Shown here: positions 35,073 through 48,606 of the stretch, one piece after another | How the letters are laid out: every line of letters begins with the position of its first letter | How positions within the stretch are numbered: the stretch's first letter is position 1 | Source of the DNA: Spongospora subterranea f. sp. subterranea | Taxonomy: Eukaryota | Length of the DNA stretch: 64,000 bases | Reading direction: 5' to 3' | Assembly: GCA_049724395.1 (NCBI GenBank) | Contig: JAUGWO010000133.1 | Span: 1 to 64,000, forward strand | Notes under the pieces: generated by a model | Databases searched by the model: none | Seen by the model: the letters and a program-made list of their open reading frames with translations, nothing else | Told to the model about the DNA's origin: nothing | Made by a program: the position numbers and the translations under genes

Positions 35073-37889
35073 TCATTTCCGCTCTACGCTTGGATAGAGA
35101 TGGACGGGACGGTTATCGCTGGTCCTGAGCGGAATCTGGGAGAATACCATACCCTTCTTCTGCACTCCGTGACGGAACGTGATGGCGTTATTGATACGCG
35201 AATCTCGTGCAAGTTGCTCAAGCGCTAGGTTCCAGACGGCCTGGTCCATCGGCAGTTGACAGTGCTCGAACGCAGTGGCTGATAGATGATCCAAAGCCAC
35301 CGGCCCATCCGAAGCTAAAAAACATTGAGACAAATTCCTCCAAAACAAAAAAGAGAGACACCTTTCAAAACTGAGAGTGCTTCTTTGAAAACGAGAACGG
35401 CACGTTCGATGCGATTGGAGTAACGCCTCCTCCTAAATACCATGATAGCGACTGCGGCAACAACTGATAAAAATGCCCCGAAGACTGGTGCATGCTGAGC
35501 AGCCCAATGGCGAATAGCACATTTCATTGGACGCCAAACTTCATCGGTCCACACACTCGGAGGATCTGCGCAATACCGAACAGACATTCCAGTCGTATTT
35601 GATCGAATCATCTCCATTGTCTGAGCAAAAACCGATTCACTCAAAAAGTCAAATCAGCGAATCAAGCCACACTTCAGGAAAATGACTCGACACAAGTTAA
35701 GGTTACAAAAAAAGAGTTAAACAGAAACTTGTGACAAGTAAAATAAATACCTTTCGATGGGCATCTTTATACAATGGTTCTTTGCCATGCAGCTGAAAAA
35801 GGTGCCTATCGACCGTCTCCATTGATACGAACTTCGTGCCTTGTTCTCCACAGACCACAGCTCCGTGGTGCCTAGCACAAAGCGCCTGAACTTCATCGTG
35901 CATATCTTCGGCCAAAACAACAACCTGAACGGTATCAACTTAGCAACAATCATTTGCCGCAGGAGACTGGACATGATCCAGTACACAACAAAGAAGCTTC
36001 TTAAAAAAAAACACTTGACAATGGGTTTTGTGAACGACGAAATATTGCGCCCGAGCTCACCATTGGGTTATCAATACATTCGTTATTCTTAAGAACCAAC
36101 CCGTTCCAGCAGTTCGCGTTGCCAAACTTGTCGCAAATGGCGCGGGATGGACAAGGAACACAATTGGGTATAGGGGCATCAGAAGAACTCGATGGGCAGT
36201 ACCGCACCGGAGGAAGAACGGGCAAATAAGACAAGCCAACCATAGAGACGATGACAACGAACAAAGCTAGAAGAAAATTTCGTAGGGTTGTCGTCTAAAA
36301 AACTTTGTTTAGACCAAGCGTAACACGCATGAAGACCATTGATAAAAAAACGGAAACAATGTACGAGAACGCTTACTTTAGAAGGGGGCCCGGATACAAC
36401 GACGGTCTGACGTACTACACGACGAGGGCTTGACGTGCCTCCCACCGAAAAAAGCTTCCGAGGTTGTACTGCGGTCTAAAGGAGGATTGGGATCATCATC
36501 AATGGAGGAAAGCATGGCAAACCAGTGATGGTGTAACTTGAAGAGACGGCGAATGTCCCGGCACTAGGTGTCCTGACTTGACATTTTCCTGAAACCGAAG
36601 ATTATTTCAATGGCATAAAAATGTCACAGTAAAAATAGTGTGAACTGCTTGACAAACACTCACATCTCGGTATATCTTGGCGGATGAAGTTCTTTCAGGT
36701 CCCATTTCAGTTCTGATAGAAGAGCGAAATGTCGCACGATCCGCGGATTCGTCCTGTAACAGCAAAGACGTTCTCCTCTCTGAAATCTTAGATTCTGTGT
36801 TTCGTTTCTTTGCAGATGAACTTTGAAATAAGTTCTGATCCGAAACAGTAATTTTTGGAGAATCAAACCTCAGCTCTCTTTCAAGAGCAACTGACTGTAA
36901 AAAACTGCATTAAAAAAAACGGCAGAAAAAGCCAACAGGTATTACGGTAGAGGGAGAAGCCATGCGAGATAATTCGTGGGTTGGTTCAGCGTTCGCGACA
37001 CTGGAAGCTTTCGAAAGCTGATTCAATCTAGTGATAAATTTCTGTTGAATGCATAAGCACATCTAAATTCCCAGAATAATGAAGACATATACCGTGGCAA
37101 CCATTGGACTTGGATTAGCAAGTCGCTTTTTGGCAGCGGAAGCACCTACGTCTATTGGTTATCAATCTTGTGAAAAAACAAAAACTCCTTTCAACTACAC
37201 TCCCTACCATCTAATTTTGTTTTTTTGATTGGCGATTGGGACCTTTCATCTTCACCGACGACGTTTTCCACTGCGGTTTCACCTGACAGCTATGAAATGA
37301 TTGCAACAGTAGTTGTTCAGATATTACCAGCTGAACGGTGCCTTTTTCCTGTAGAGGTAGGTTTATCTTCTTGAACAGCTGCCTCTCTACCTGGCGTACC
37401 AACGACTTTTTTTCTTCCTGGGGGTTGCCCGTCGCTTCTGAGTGGAAGAAGCAGCGATTTTCTTTGGAGATTTCAGTGGGGACTTCCGGGGCGAGCTGGA
37501 CTTCCTTTTGGCTAGTTGCGCCATCTGTATAGCGCATAGGACGATGTTAAAAAGTACTGTAAAAGTCATATGATGTAACTTACGCGTTTTTCAGAAAGTT
37601 TTTTTACAGCAAGTGACACGTATTCAGCCTTTTTTACAACGCCAGCGGGTAATGACACCTAAATCCCAAACAAGCACTCAAATTACGAATACAAACGAAA
37701 CAAACGTCGACGAACTTGCTGATCGGTTAGCCAAGTTCGCAACTGAGCGACAGTAAATTCTTTGCCGATGTTGTTTTCGGCACCGTCCCAGTCCGAATCG
37801 GGAACGTTGGCCAGCGCCTCATCGGACAGGTCCAGCAGTGATCCGCCCTGGTCATGGTCCGATTCGGCATCAGCTTTGGACCGCACCAT
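35073..37889 (-). CDS. Src1/Man1/Heh-type inner nuclear membrane protein
   Basis: N-terminal HeH-like FTVAQLRTWL...KKAEYV, basic region, transmembrane helix, Cys-rich luminal CVPCPSRAIC...C, second helix, C-terminal winged-helix-like VWNLALEQLARDSRI. Confidence 0.8.
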
Positions 37890-38288
37890 GGGCGAATACC
37901 TTAACTCCCAGAGTGCCAATCAAATACACTACCACACTCTGAATAACAGCCACTGCGATATTTGCGCAGTCAGATCAGATTGTAGTGCGGTGCGGTGCGA
38001 CTGCGACGTCCATATCACAAGTACTGTACAGATCAACGTTACCATGATACGGTAACGGTATTGGCGATAATTCTACAAAACACAAGTTTACACACCCAAG
38101 TTTGGGTGATTTCGCTTGCCGAGCTTAACAGAAGTGGAGTTAGGGCCTTGCAATCGGTTTAATTCTGGATCGTGATCGACGACTGATCTGCAAGCGCAAT
38201 AGGAATCTGGGAGAAGGCAGAGAAGGAGAGCCAGCAACAGTTTTGCCGACACGAAAAATCGGTTGGTATTGGCGTTATGGTACATTAG

Positions 38289-38849
38289 TCATATTTTAAA
38301 GGGGATTGAATCAGGGGCGGGCTTGGGCACGACCAACTTCTTTGGTTTTTGCGGAATCAACAGTTTCAATTTTCTAGCTGCGCCCCTTCTTTCTTGCATT
38401 ACAGCCTTAAACAACTCCGATTCCTTGAATTTTTCGATAATATTGTTGATGTCATTGGTTTTTGCATCCGCTTTTATAGGTTCCCATAACTCCAGGATCA
38501 TATCAGTCAGGTCTGTATTCCAGTGCATGATAACCTGTTTTTTATGCTGCAGCGATTCCTGCTCAAACGTCTGGTGCACGAGTCGCAGGTTGCCGTCTCC
38601 AATAAAATGGAACAGCTCCATCTGACCTGGTTTTTTGCTCTGGTGGGACAAATGCAACGTCGAATGAATGTGTTTTAGCCGATGGAAATTCGGAGGCCAT
38701 ACGTCCGGTCTACGGCAGACTTCCAGAAAATGCATGGCATATCGCTGAATAACTTGCCGATTTGGAGGCACCATTTCGACTGTTGAGATGGCCAACCGCC
38801 GATCACGTTTTGTGCTGCACAAGGAGGCCCCGTCAATCAATTGTAGCAC
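38289..38849 (-). CDS. Hypothetical protein
   Basis: 186-aa ORF with coding-like composition; start uncertain. Confidence 0.45.
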   Translation of the reverse strand: MLQLIDGASLCSTKRDRRLAISTVEMVPPNRQVIQRYAMHFLEVCRRPDVWPPNFHRLKHIHSTLHLSHQSKKPGQMELFHFIGDGNLRLVHQTFEQESLQHKKQVIMHWNTDLTDMILELWEPIKADAKTNDINNIIEKFKESELFKAVMQERRGAARKLKLLIPQKPKKLVVPKPAPDSIPFKI

Positions 38850-40124
38850 CGTGTACGGCGTGTCGTGACTCGTGCGTCGTGCCGGACATCATTTGGCGCT
38901 AGCTCAACAGCTGGGGCCGTGGCTTGATTCGTTGGCGCGATGGGCATTGTAGATATCTCTTTCGGTTATGGAAACCGATTGTGTTAAAAATCGATAAATG
39001 ACCAAATGCCCAAGCCATATCCAACCAGCAGTGACCTCATATATGTTCCATTTGCTGGGGGGCTTTAAGTATCAGCCTGCTGCGCTCAGCTCCGTTTTAC
39101 ATCGTGCATTCATCAACAGATTCGAAAAAAGTATGGGCCTTTCCATCCAAATCCGAAAGGATAATGACCAGACGTTGCCCCGTCCGAATCGGAGGACGAA
39201 AGTTATTTTGTTTCGATGTATGCTAACCCCTGTTTACAATTTGCAACAACTGATAAATATATTGGTTCTCAATCTGTTTTGGTCAATTGTCGAAAAGAAT
39301 GATAAACTTTAGTTCTCGTATTCGGGCGGGGCAGCATCTGGTCGTTCTCGTTTCTAAACTGGTCGGACAGGCCCGTACTTGTTTTCGTATTTGTCGATGA
39401 ATACACAGACAATATAATCAATGCAGGCTTCCACAAGAGGCATTCAAAAGGATTCTGCTTCTGGCCGATGCGGCAATCGTGGGTTGGATAAACTGGAATT
39501 CACTTTCCTGGCCGGCATTTGACGTGCTTGGCAAACGAAACCGGTGCCTTAAGCTGTTGCATGAACCTGGCAACTACGCTGAAAATCACCCTGTGCACCC
39601 TAAGCTACGAAATGAGCAGAATCAAGGTAGTCGTGTGTTAACTCGAACTTAAAGTACTCTTTCTACCTTCCGGTTCCGCCGATGTTGGTCCTGGAAGTGT
39701 TCCCTTGATTGGTGCTTTTTTTGCCAGAATGCTTCACTCTTGATATCATTCTCTGTTGCGACTTCTCAACAAAGGGGTGAACTTTAACGTCAACCGACAA
39801 TCAAGGTGTAAAGTTATTCTGAGGTTTCATAATGTCTATGATTCTGGTTATAGAAAATCATTGATGCTTTGGAAGACGACATACCGCGCCTGATCGTGAA
39901 CCGCACTACAAAATTCCTCTATCTCTTGCCATATCGATATCGTTGCCCAATCCGGTTTATTCGCCAATGGGCAACACTGAACTGAAAAACCTAACTTAAA
40001 AGTTTGTTTTGGACGGTCATCAAGACCGGTTTTGCTTGGGCTTTGTTGACCCCAAGCTAGTTAACTAACTACTGTAGTTCAATTCTGGTATAGCTCAAAT
40101 TTTGTTCAATGCCAACAAACCTCC

Positions 40125-42009
40125 TTAAATTTCAGTATTGCTGGAATAGATTTCTAAAACGACGTTCTCGCGTCGTTCCTCCAAAAATTGCGACCAGACG
40201 ACGGGTTCGACATCTCGGACTCTCTTTAAAAAATTGGCCTCCATCAGTGTCAAGATCATCTTGCTGGCGCTGTCGAACAAGCTCTCGTTGATTCGCGATG
40301 ACATTTTATAGTCGCCCTCAAATAGAAGTTCATAGGATTTCAAGGATTGGCTTGACAAGTTGACCTCCAATGGCGCATTCATGGCCAGATATCTGTCGTA
40401 TATTTTCTTGGCGCAACAGGACAGGGATTGAACGCCATCCAACAAATGATCGTTTCCGGGATTGTTGTCACGCCTTTGAAACAGACTAGTGGCAGCCCTT
40501 CGATAGCTTTCACATTCCTCCCAGAATAAAATATTCTCGACGGCGAACTCGCGCTCCAGCAATTTCCTGTAAGAACATCAGACACTGATTAACGTCAACA
40601 GCAAGCTGTTGCAACACTATTGATTCAACAACTGTTATTAACAGATTTTTCCGAGAAGCAGCAGTGACTGATATAAATTAACGTGGAGCAAATATTTGGG
40701 ATAGTAAACACAGCCCGATCTGATTTGTTTGTACTTGAATGCCTCAAATCCTCGCTTGGTATTAAGAAACGCTTCAAGCAAGCCCGATTCCGATCTGCCC
40801 ACTAGCGTTGATGCCGAACTGCTGGTCCTATACGATTGCAATAAAGGAATCGTGATACTCCTAAACCAGTACCAATAACAACGGTTAAACTCCTGCAAAA
40901 CAGATTGCGACGTTTCAACATATCGCGAATTGCATTAGATTCATGTCATCGGCAGTTCAAAAGAGAATTTAGTCAACGTGAAATCAAACGCTTTAGTATA
41001 GAAAATCTTAGGTAAATACGATATTACGGGCGCCTATACAGCCACAAAGAACAGGGTGTACAGCAACAACGGGCTCCATCTGTTGTTTCGTTTAAAAATA
41101 ACCAACAAGGATTTTGGAAAACCTCAGATGTGTGTGAGTTTTGAAATCTGGGCAATCCCTTTGTTCGTCCTTACGAAGTAATGATAAGATTCGCCAATAT
41201 CGTATCAACAAAGAATGTGATCATCATCCCCAACAATTTCAGATCTTCTGAGTCCACTTCTCTTGCCCGATTAGGGTTCTGCAGAGAAAAAACCAGAAAA
41301 ACCCGATCGCCCCCGCCAATCCCGTTCGCTTCAGGGAGAGTTTAATCCCATGCACATCAACAACAATCCGCAATTGTAGGGCCAATAGGACGAAAAGGGC
41401 AAATACAACAACCGTTTTTTTACCGGCGATGCTTTCAAACTCTTCCACGATGGCGTTGCCGAATGCTACCTCGGCAATAGGTTTGAACAATACATCCTTA
41501 TGGTTTAAAGCGTAAGCCAACTGAACTGTGATCTGGAGTAACGCGCTCGCGATGATGAAGGCTAATTGGGCCTTCCAATTCATTAAGATTTTGGAAATTC
41601 TGATGTAAATTGCGAGCCGAGTTTCCTCCATTGGCCTATTGCTCTCCCGCGCGAGCTTTAGTTGGTCGCGAGTACGGTTGAAAGCCAGGAACAGACTGGT
41701 TCCAATAACGAGGAACATATCGCAGCTTAATGAGATACATGCCTGGGGAACGACGATAGAGTAAAATGTCGGAACATTGGGGATGACAAAGTTGGCGGTA
41801 ATGGACAGAGTGAACCCGGCCGAAAACAATGTGGCACTCAACATTTGGAGAGGACCTAGGAATTTGATTGGCGCTAAATGGCGGCGCCGGTAAAAAAGTG
41901 AAAAAACGACGATCTGGTAGATGAGCTGAACGGCGCCCCAACACCACCATAGAATTAATACTGTGTTGGCGGTTGAACTGTTCATGGCACTGCCATCGGA
42001 TACGGTCAT
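40125..42009 (-). CDS. 7TM-RGS protein paralogue B
   Basis: About 7 hydrophobic helices followed by RGS domain FLNTKRGFEAFK / LEREFAVENILFW...KIYDRYLAMNAPLEVNLS...LFD...LMEANFLKR. Confidence 0.88.
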
Positions 42010-43412
42010 CTCAAATTAAGTTTGAAAATTAGATTCTTAGTCGAAGATTGATCAGCAAACAGAATCCCGCCATAGAATCGATTTTGAATATCTTGAGTTC
42101 GATTTTAAATCTGGATTGTGGTGTCTTGACGCGGAAGGATTTATCAGATTTGGACAATAGCAGAGCAGCATGATGACGCATTTAGCCCTTCGGCCTGCTC
42201 CTTCAAGCTTCAAACTCCCAAGATGGTGAACTTGGAGCACGTCGATTAGGAAGCGGTTAGAGTGAACAGAAGATCAGGGGATAACGAGAATCTAAGTGGA
42301 GAGAATCAACGGCGTCGGCGATGTCTGCATACTTGGGCAGTGATCTCTGATAGGTTCATTCGACAAACCCCGGTGCTGTGTAGGAACAAAATAATTGTCC
42401 ACGATGCGGATGAAGCAGGTAGTAGAGGACTCTTTGAGTAGGACCTTTAGCGTGAAATCTAGTCCTTGAAAAAATGTTCGGATTGTATCACAATTTTGCT
42501 CCATTCCAGGCAGGCGAAGCTGATCATCAGGCCCAAAATTAATTCCCGTAATGTATAAAACAAAGGGTGATACGAAAATGATCCTAATCCCACCAGTAGG
42601 CCTGTCATGGCCAATACTCAACAAGACCTGCTATCCGATATGGCCAAAGATGCACGATACGCGCTACAGATTGTTGATCTCACTGAGGCCGGGCTTTGGT
42701 ACGTTTGCTATTTCCTAATCATGTAGGACCGATCTACTTTTAATTTCCGTTTTTCTAGTGACGAGTTAGGTGAGGAGGCCGAGTCGAAAATGTGTTTGGA
42801 AACACAAAATTGAAAGTGTAATTCCACTTACGTCATATTGATTAAATTTATATATGCAATTTGTAATGATAAATGCCTAAGTATGCCTCTCCGAAAACGG
42901 ATCTTGATCTAAAAATGGAATCGGTTAAGACAACGGACTGAGAACGTTTGAATTTATCAACTAAGATACAGAACAAAAAAAATGCAAAGCGTTATCATTC
43001 ACATTGTTTTGACTGGAAGCACGACCGAGTAAAACACTGGATAACGCAATGTGCGAGAGATAACTAAAGAATGAATTTGAGAATGAACTGTTGAATAAGA
43101 CAGCACACAATTTGAGGAATGAACGAACAGTGAAAATTACCGTTGGCTGGAATGCTGCTGAACAAAATGGCATCATCCACATCATTTGTATCTTGACTCT
43201 CTGCAAGTCATCTCATTGTTGGTAAAACCAAATACGATGAACAGCGTTACAAACCCATGTTTGCTAAACTAGCAGTCCTGGACGCAATTATATCTGGGTC
43301 ATCCGATATGCTGAACGGTAGTCCAAACTTGGATGGTAACAACTCCAAAATGTACGAGACCGAGGCTAGAAAACAGCAAGAGGTAGTTAATAAACGAACG
43401 AAGGCAAAATCA

Positions 43413-46400
43413 TCATTTGCTACTATTGTTGCAAACGCCAGAACAAATAATACCTTCGATGATAGCAAGGGAAAATCCAGACTCGCCAAAATTTCTTTGT
43501 TTCTCATCACTAATGGAACGAAGAATATGCCCAAGCCGACAATTAATACTATAAGAACGGAAGATGATTATCTTGAAGGTACATGCGATGTGATACGGTA
43601 GTAAACCCATACTTTGATGTGTAGGCATGAACTACAACCCATACAACGATAGGGAACAAAGCATCTGCATCAACCACAGCTTCCTCGTTGCCTAAACCAA
43701 GTCATGTCCCTACGCCGACACAAAATCTCTAAACGTACCAGAATATGTGCGACATGATTGATGAATGGATGCGATGGTCTGCACCAACGTGTACAGCATA
43801 TCGGTTGGGACGCACTGTAAGATTAGGAAAAGGGCATTAGAATAAAAACATGTACGGGAAGTTACAGGTCACCTGTGTCTCTAATTGGGAGAGCGTAGTG
43901 ATTGATGTGTGAAATGGAAAGTCAGATGGGAGGGAGATTAAGGCCGAACCTGAATACAAGGCTTGAGTGCTATGGAATATCAACAAATCTGGCACAGAGC
44001 AATGGGATGGGCAAAAAGACAAAAAAATTACAAGAAAAACAACCAACCCACATGATAAGTCCGATATTTATATGAAAATGTGGCATAATTACCGGAATCC
44101 GTCGAGGTGACGTGTTCACTGGGACTTGGGGGAACCTGATTGACTGGAGAAGTCATTAGTCCTGTAGCAAAATTAGTCCCGGTAAAGCCGCTTGAATCGG
44201 ATACATTTCTACCAGGAGGAGGAGCCGCCAGATGGTATTCATGAGGGCATCTGAAATCATCACGAATGCCGAGTTGCTCTTGGCTCAGGCACCACATCCA
44301 GCGAATCTTTTTTCGAAATTTGGTGTCGTTATCAACTTCTATCGAAGTCTGTAATCTGCCAAGTGTTCTAAATGCCAAAAATGAATCGATGAAGACCTTC
44401 GCAAGCTCGAGATCAAGAAAAAACACAACAACGTGATATTAAGTTTTCACACCTTGTAATACGGGGATAGATCATCCGATGAACATGTAGCCGGATCGTA
44501 TCAAGTTGGCCGCCATCGGTCTGGATGTGATAAGCGCGGGTGAGGAAAATGACCAAATACTCCAGGAACGCGTTTATCGCCTCCGCGGTCACTTTTCGTA
44601 AGGGATCCTGAAAAGGTAAATTGATATATAAACCAGGCACATATGATTGCCTCGGAAAAGTCAATACTTTCAAAGCGTCTCTTAAAAGCGACATCCATTG
44701 TTTGATCAACTGCCCGATACGCTGCCTCTCGTCAAGCATTAATCGATTAAAGGCAGTCTGAGTTGAAACAGCTCATCAATACTAAAATAAGTAGATCACC
44801 GAAGCGAAGATATTCGGAAAGAATTGAAAACAGCGAAAAAAACCGAAACGAAAATGCAAGGAACAAGAAAATGGTTGGAAAATATACCTGAGCAATCCGA
44901 TCTGGGTGATGATAGTAGAAGCCGCGACGATCAGTAGCATGAACCCTAGAATCGGTCAAGCCCTACCGCAATTCAGTTTGGAAACTTTAGTAGCTAAGCA
45001 AGGCACCGACAATTGATACGAGATTATGAAGTTTCAAGCGTCGTTCCGCAGGCGTTTCAACGCGCACGCTTTCTTTTTGCTGATCTTCATATTGTGTCTA
45101 AAGAAGAGAAAATAATGTAAAGATTTTGCGATTCAGATTACGTAATCGGGCAATACTTCGAGCTGCTTTAAAACCTGTTCGAGCGACGCGCAGTTGCGCT
45201 TCATACTAGAGATCGGCTCAGGGACAACAAGATCTTCGACCGGGACAAACCGTGAGACTGCCGGGTCGTATTGTATCAGGCACGACGCATCCAACTCGAA
45301 AAAATCTCTGTAAAAGGCAGATCAGTAAAAAGATGTGCCGCATCACGAGAACGGTTAAAATTAGTCGGTTGACAGCAAACGATCGTTTGCAAACTAACTT
45401 AAAGAATTGCTTAAGAGTTTCAGTGTACTTGCGTTTTTGTCGGATTTGATACAAGGTGTCCACAGGGAGAAGGTTGTCGGAAACCGAATGACGAAAAAAG
45501 AAAAAAAGAACGAGTTCAATTACAGATTATTTGAGAGGATTCGGTCAGAAAGTTGCGAAAGCATTCGAGTAAGCCAATCCACAGTATGTACTTCGACTTG
45601 TATCAGTGCATCCAAATGCAACCGGCACGTTTCATAATACGTTCGACCCGCATTACTCAATGTATCCATAGCCCAGCGATCCCAACGCGCCAAATCATCT
45701 AAAAGGAATTTTACTTGAGCAGATAGCAAACTCGATTTGCAAGCCGACGTGTACAAAATCATCAAAAAACTGCAGGATAAAAAAAGAGTTGGGAAAGTCG
45801 GGGAACCGATTCAGATGAGTGGCGTTGGACAGCAAATACTGTACAAAGACCTTTCATTGACTGTTCAACGCGACGCCGTGTTGAGCTCAGCTTGACCATA
45901 TGTTTTTCATGAAGCGTGATACAGGATCTAATTTTCGATTCATATCGCTTGAGTTCACCAATGGGCGAATCTGTACCATGACAGTCAGTTAAACAGCAAT
46001 GCTGTAATGCCTTGAAGGTTTGAAGAATCAGCAAAGGTGGCAAAAATTTGAACTACTGCAAAGAAGGTATGCAAATACTTCGATGAAACAATTCCACAAG
46101 GGTGTCGACAAATGCTAGCATACCGTACCTGGACGAGTTTTGTGGAAAAAGAATTTTCCAAACCTGTCGCGAAAGCTGTTGGATTTGAATTCATCAATGA
46201 CTTTAGTTGCCAGAGTGTGGACAGAATACGGTTCGCTGGCACTCTCTGATGTCTGTTATTCACAGAGTCAATGTTTCGATAAATTACCAGAATTATGAGC
46301 CTTCGGGCTATTCACGTAAAAGATAAACACATTTTAATTTGGCGCTGGTCGTTCAAAGCCGCTTAGACTACTATCACAAAGAATTGAACTGAATTGGGAA

Positions 46401-47309
46401 GAATTAGCATACCACTGAATCATTAGACGGCATTTGTTTGAAACAAGGGACAGGAGCATTGATATCCGAAGGAGGGTCTTTTTTTTCTTCGATATCGATA
46501 GACGAAATGAGATCCATTTGCGCCTAAAAACGTCGGCTTTATCAAGTTACATATGCGACAGAAAACCACGAAAAACCAACTCCTCCTTCGGAGGTTCGGA
46601 CAAAACGTTAATTGAATCAAATTTCCCCGTATGCCAAATGGGTCAGCAAAACACAAGAATAGGTCGTTCACATTCTTGAAGTCGAACCAAAACGTTGACA
46701 TCTGAAAACGAAGCCTTAGGGACGAGATAAAAACCTATTTTCGAAAAGGAAAGCCAGTGTCCAGCGAAAAATCATTCCAACACGACCTCTCGTGCAGTTA
46801 AAGCAATTGATGTTGATACCTGAAAACACCACTCCCCGTTTTTTTGCTCGTCAGCAGTTTGTTGAAAGTGTCGTACAGGTTTATCACCGACAATGTCATG
46901 TTCCAGGGACCCACGGAGCTGTTCTAGCCAAGCCGGGACGCTGGCTACGACGTCGCCGATGAACGCCTCGGATGAGCTCGCGTCCATTGACGTACCCTCC
47001 ATTTTGGTTAGTTCAGTTATCAGCTCATGTAATAGCTGGCTCCAGCAAACAAGTCTAAGCCTGTTGCAAGATGATGAAATCCGTCACTCAAAATGTTCGC
47101 CGGAAAAACGTATCTCGACGTTCAAAAGTGCGGCATTTGTGCGATTTATGCGAAAAGCAGGGTCGGGAGTTGTCAAAGCGAATAAGCGCAGCCCAATGCG
47201 TCTGTAGATCGTTTTGACGCGGCTGTGATACGGTGCGTCCGAGATAGTCGCTGGACTCGATGCCCACACGATCAACGCCTACAGTACATACGTACCTACA
47301 CTTCGTCAT
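43413..47309 (-). CDS. Large multi-exon protein with C-terminal VPS9 (Rab5 GEF) domain
   Basis: CVPTDMLYTLVQTIASI, VDADALFPIVVWVVVHA, NFGESGFSLAIIEGII; ends approximate. Confidence 0.75.
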
Positions 47310-47355
47310 TGTCGATTAATTGATGTCATTGCGTGTAGGTTGACTGAAGTTTTTT

Positions 47356-48437
47356 TTGCAAACACGAACGATTGTAGTGATGCAGCGTTGTTATTTGATA
47401 CACATATATGAAAGCAAAAATGCAGCTTGCTGTTATAAGGTTAGAAGGAAACTGCATGAAGGTTTCATCTGCAGCGATTTCAACCTCAACATTATTGGAT
47501 TTAAAGATTTGGCTGAAACCTTCATGCAGTTTCATGCCACTAAGGATCGGTGCGTAGCGCCCATTGGTATCAAGTATACGGGTACCATCAACCCGATTGA
47601 TAATGAAAAGATTGGATTCACTATAGTAGTCGCTGCAGAGCGGAAGTCATCGCAGTTATTACCACCGTTCGGGATTATGACCGGGAAATTCGGAGGGGAT
47701 CTGTTTCACGAATGGAAAGCTTGCCGACAATCTGTTCTAACCTTCAATAGTACTCACTGGATGACGCAGCTCGCATCTGTGATGTTCCTGAAGTTTGTAG
47801 TTGAATTGTTTCCTTCAAACTATAGGGTTGGTGTGGGACCGATCGCACACACACTTCGGTGAAGTCATCGATAGTTCGGTAGAAAACTAAAATCTTCAGC
47901 ATCCTTCAGCCCGAATTATTATCGCGTTTGTTGAGGCGAGTATGACCTCGGTTATGCAAGTGTGCGACATTTGTGTGAACAAGCCTCTCAAGCAGCACAT
48001 AAGGATTGCTTATTATGACTATCGCGAAGAACGCATGACAGGTCAAGCAGGCGTAAGACTGAAACCTGGCGAAAAATTCAAGGTTCCACGGGAAATTGTT
48101 TGGGGATTTGTTGAGCACGCGTTGAGCGCATCAATCGTCCCAACGACGCATCTCGGTGGATCACGGACGGATTTCGAAAATGTGATCAGGACCCGTTTTG
48201 GCTTGATTGTAGCGCGTTCGAGAACCATTTGAACGGACGCCCAAATGGAGTCAATCGCCAAGACAATGAAGCTCGAGTAAAACCCCTAGAAAAATAAAAA
48301 AAGTTGTGATCGCAGAATAAACCGTATTTTAGTTTCATTTGCGCCAAGACCGTGAAGCTCGCCACCCACACCCCCCAGAAAAAGATAAAACAGTATTGCG
48401 ATCACAGAATAAGCCGTATTTTGATTTAAAAATACGG
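47356..48437 (+). mobile_element. pogo-like (DDE_1) transposon relic with right terminus
   Basis: (D)ETF...EKIGFTIVVA...LLPPFGI...HWMT...MTSVMQVCDICVNKPLK; terminus AAAAATACGG followed by TA (48438-48439); subterminal repeats 48290-48430. Confidence 0.82.
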
Positions 48438-48606
48438 TATCCGTTCTGACGACGTGGTAATTATGCCACAACCTAAATCGCCTTCCCTAGAAAATCTGTG
48501 TGTTTTGATCTGGCAATCAAACGGTGAACGGTACATGTTAATACTCAACAATGAACGGACCCCTTTTCGGGTATAGTACAGCGATAACTTTTTGGAGAGG
48601 TATATT

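Noticed and set aside
43247..44046. Separate membrane or secreted gene suggested by hydrophobic ORFs
   Set aside because: The region contains VPS9-domain exons in other frames. The hydrophobic ORFs are off-frame or intronic.
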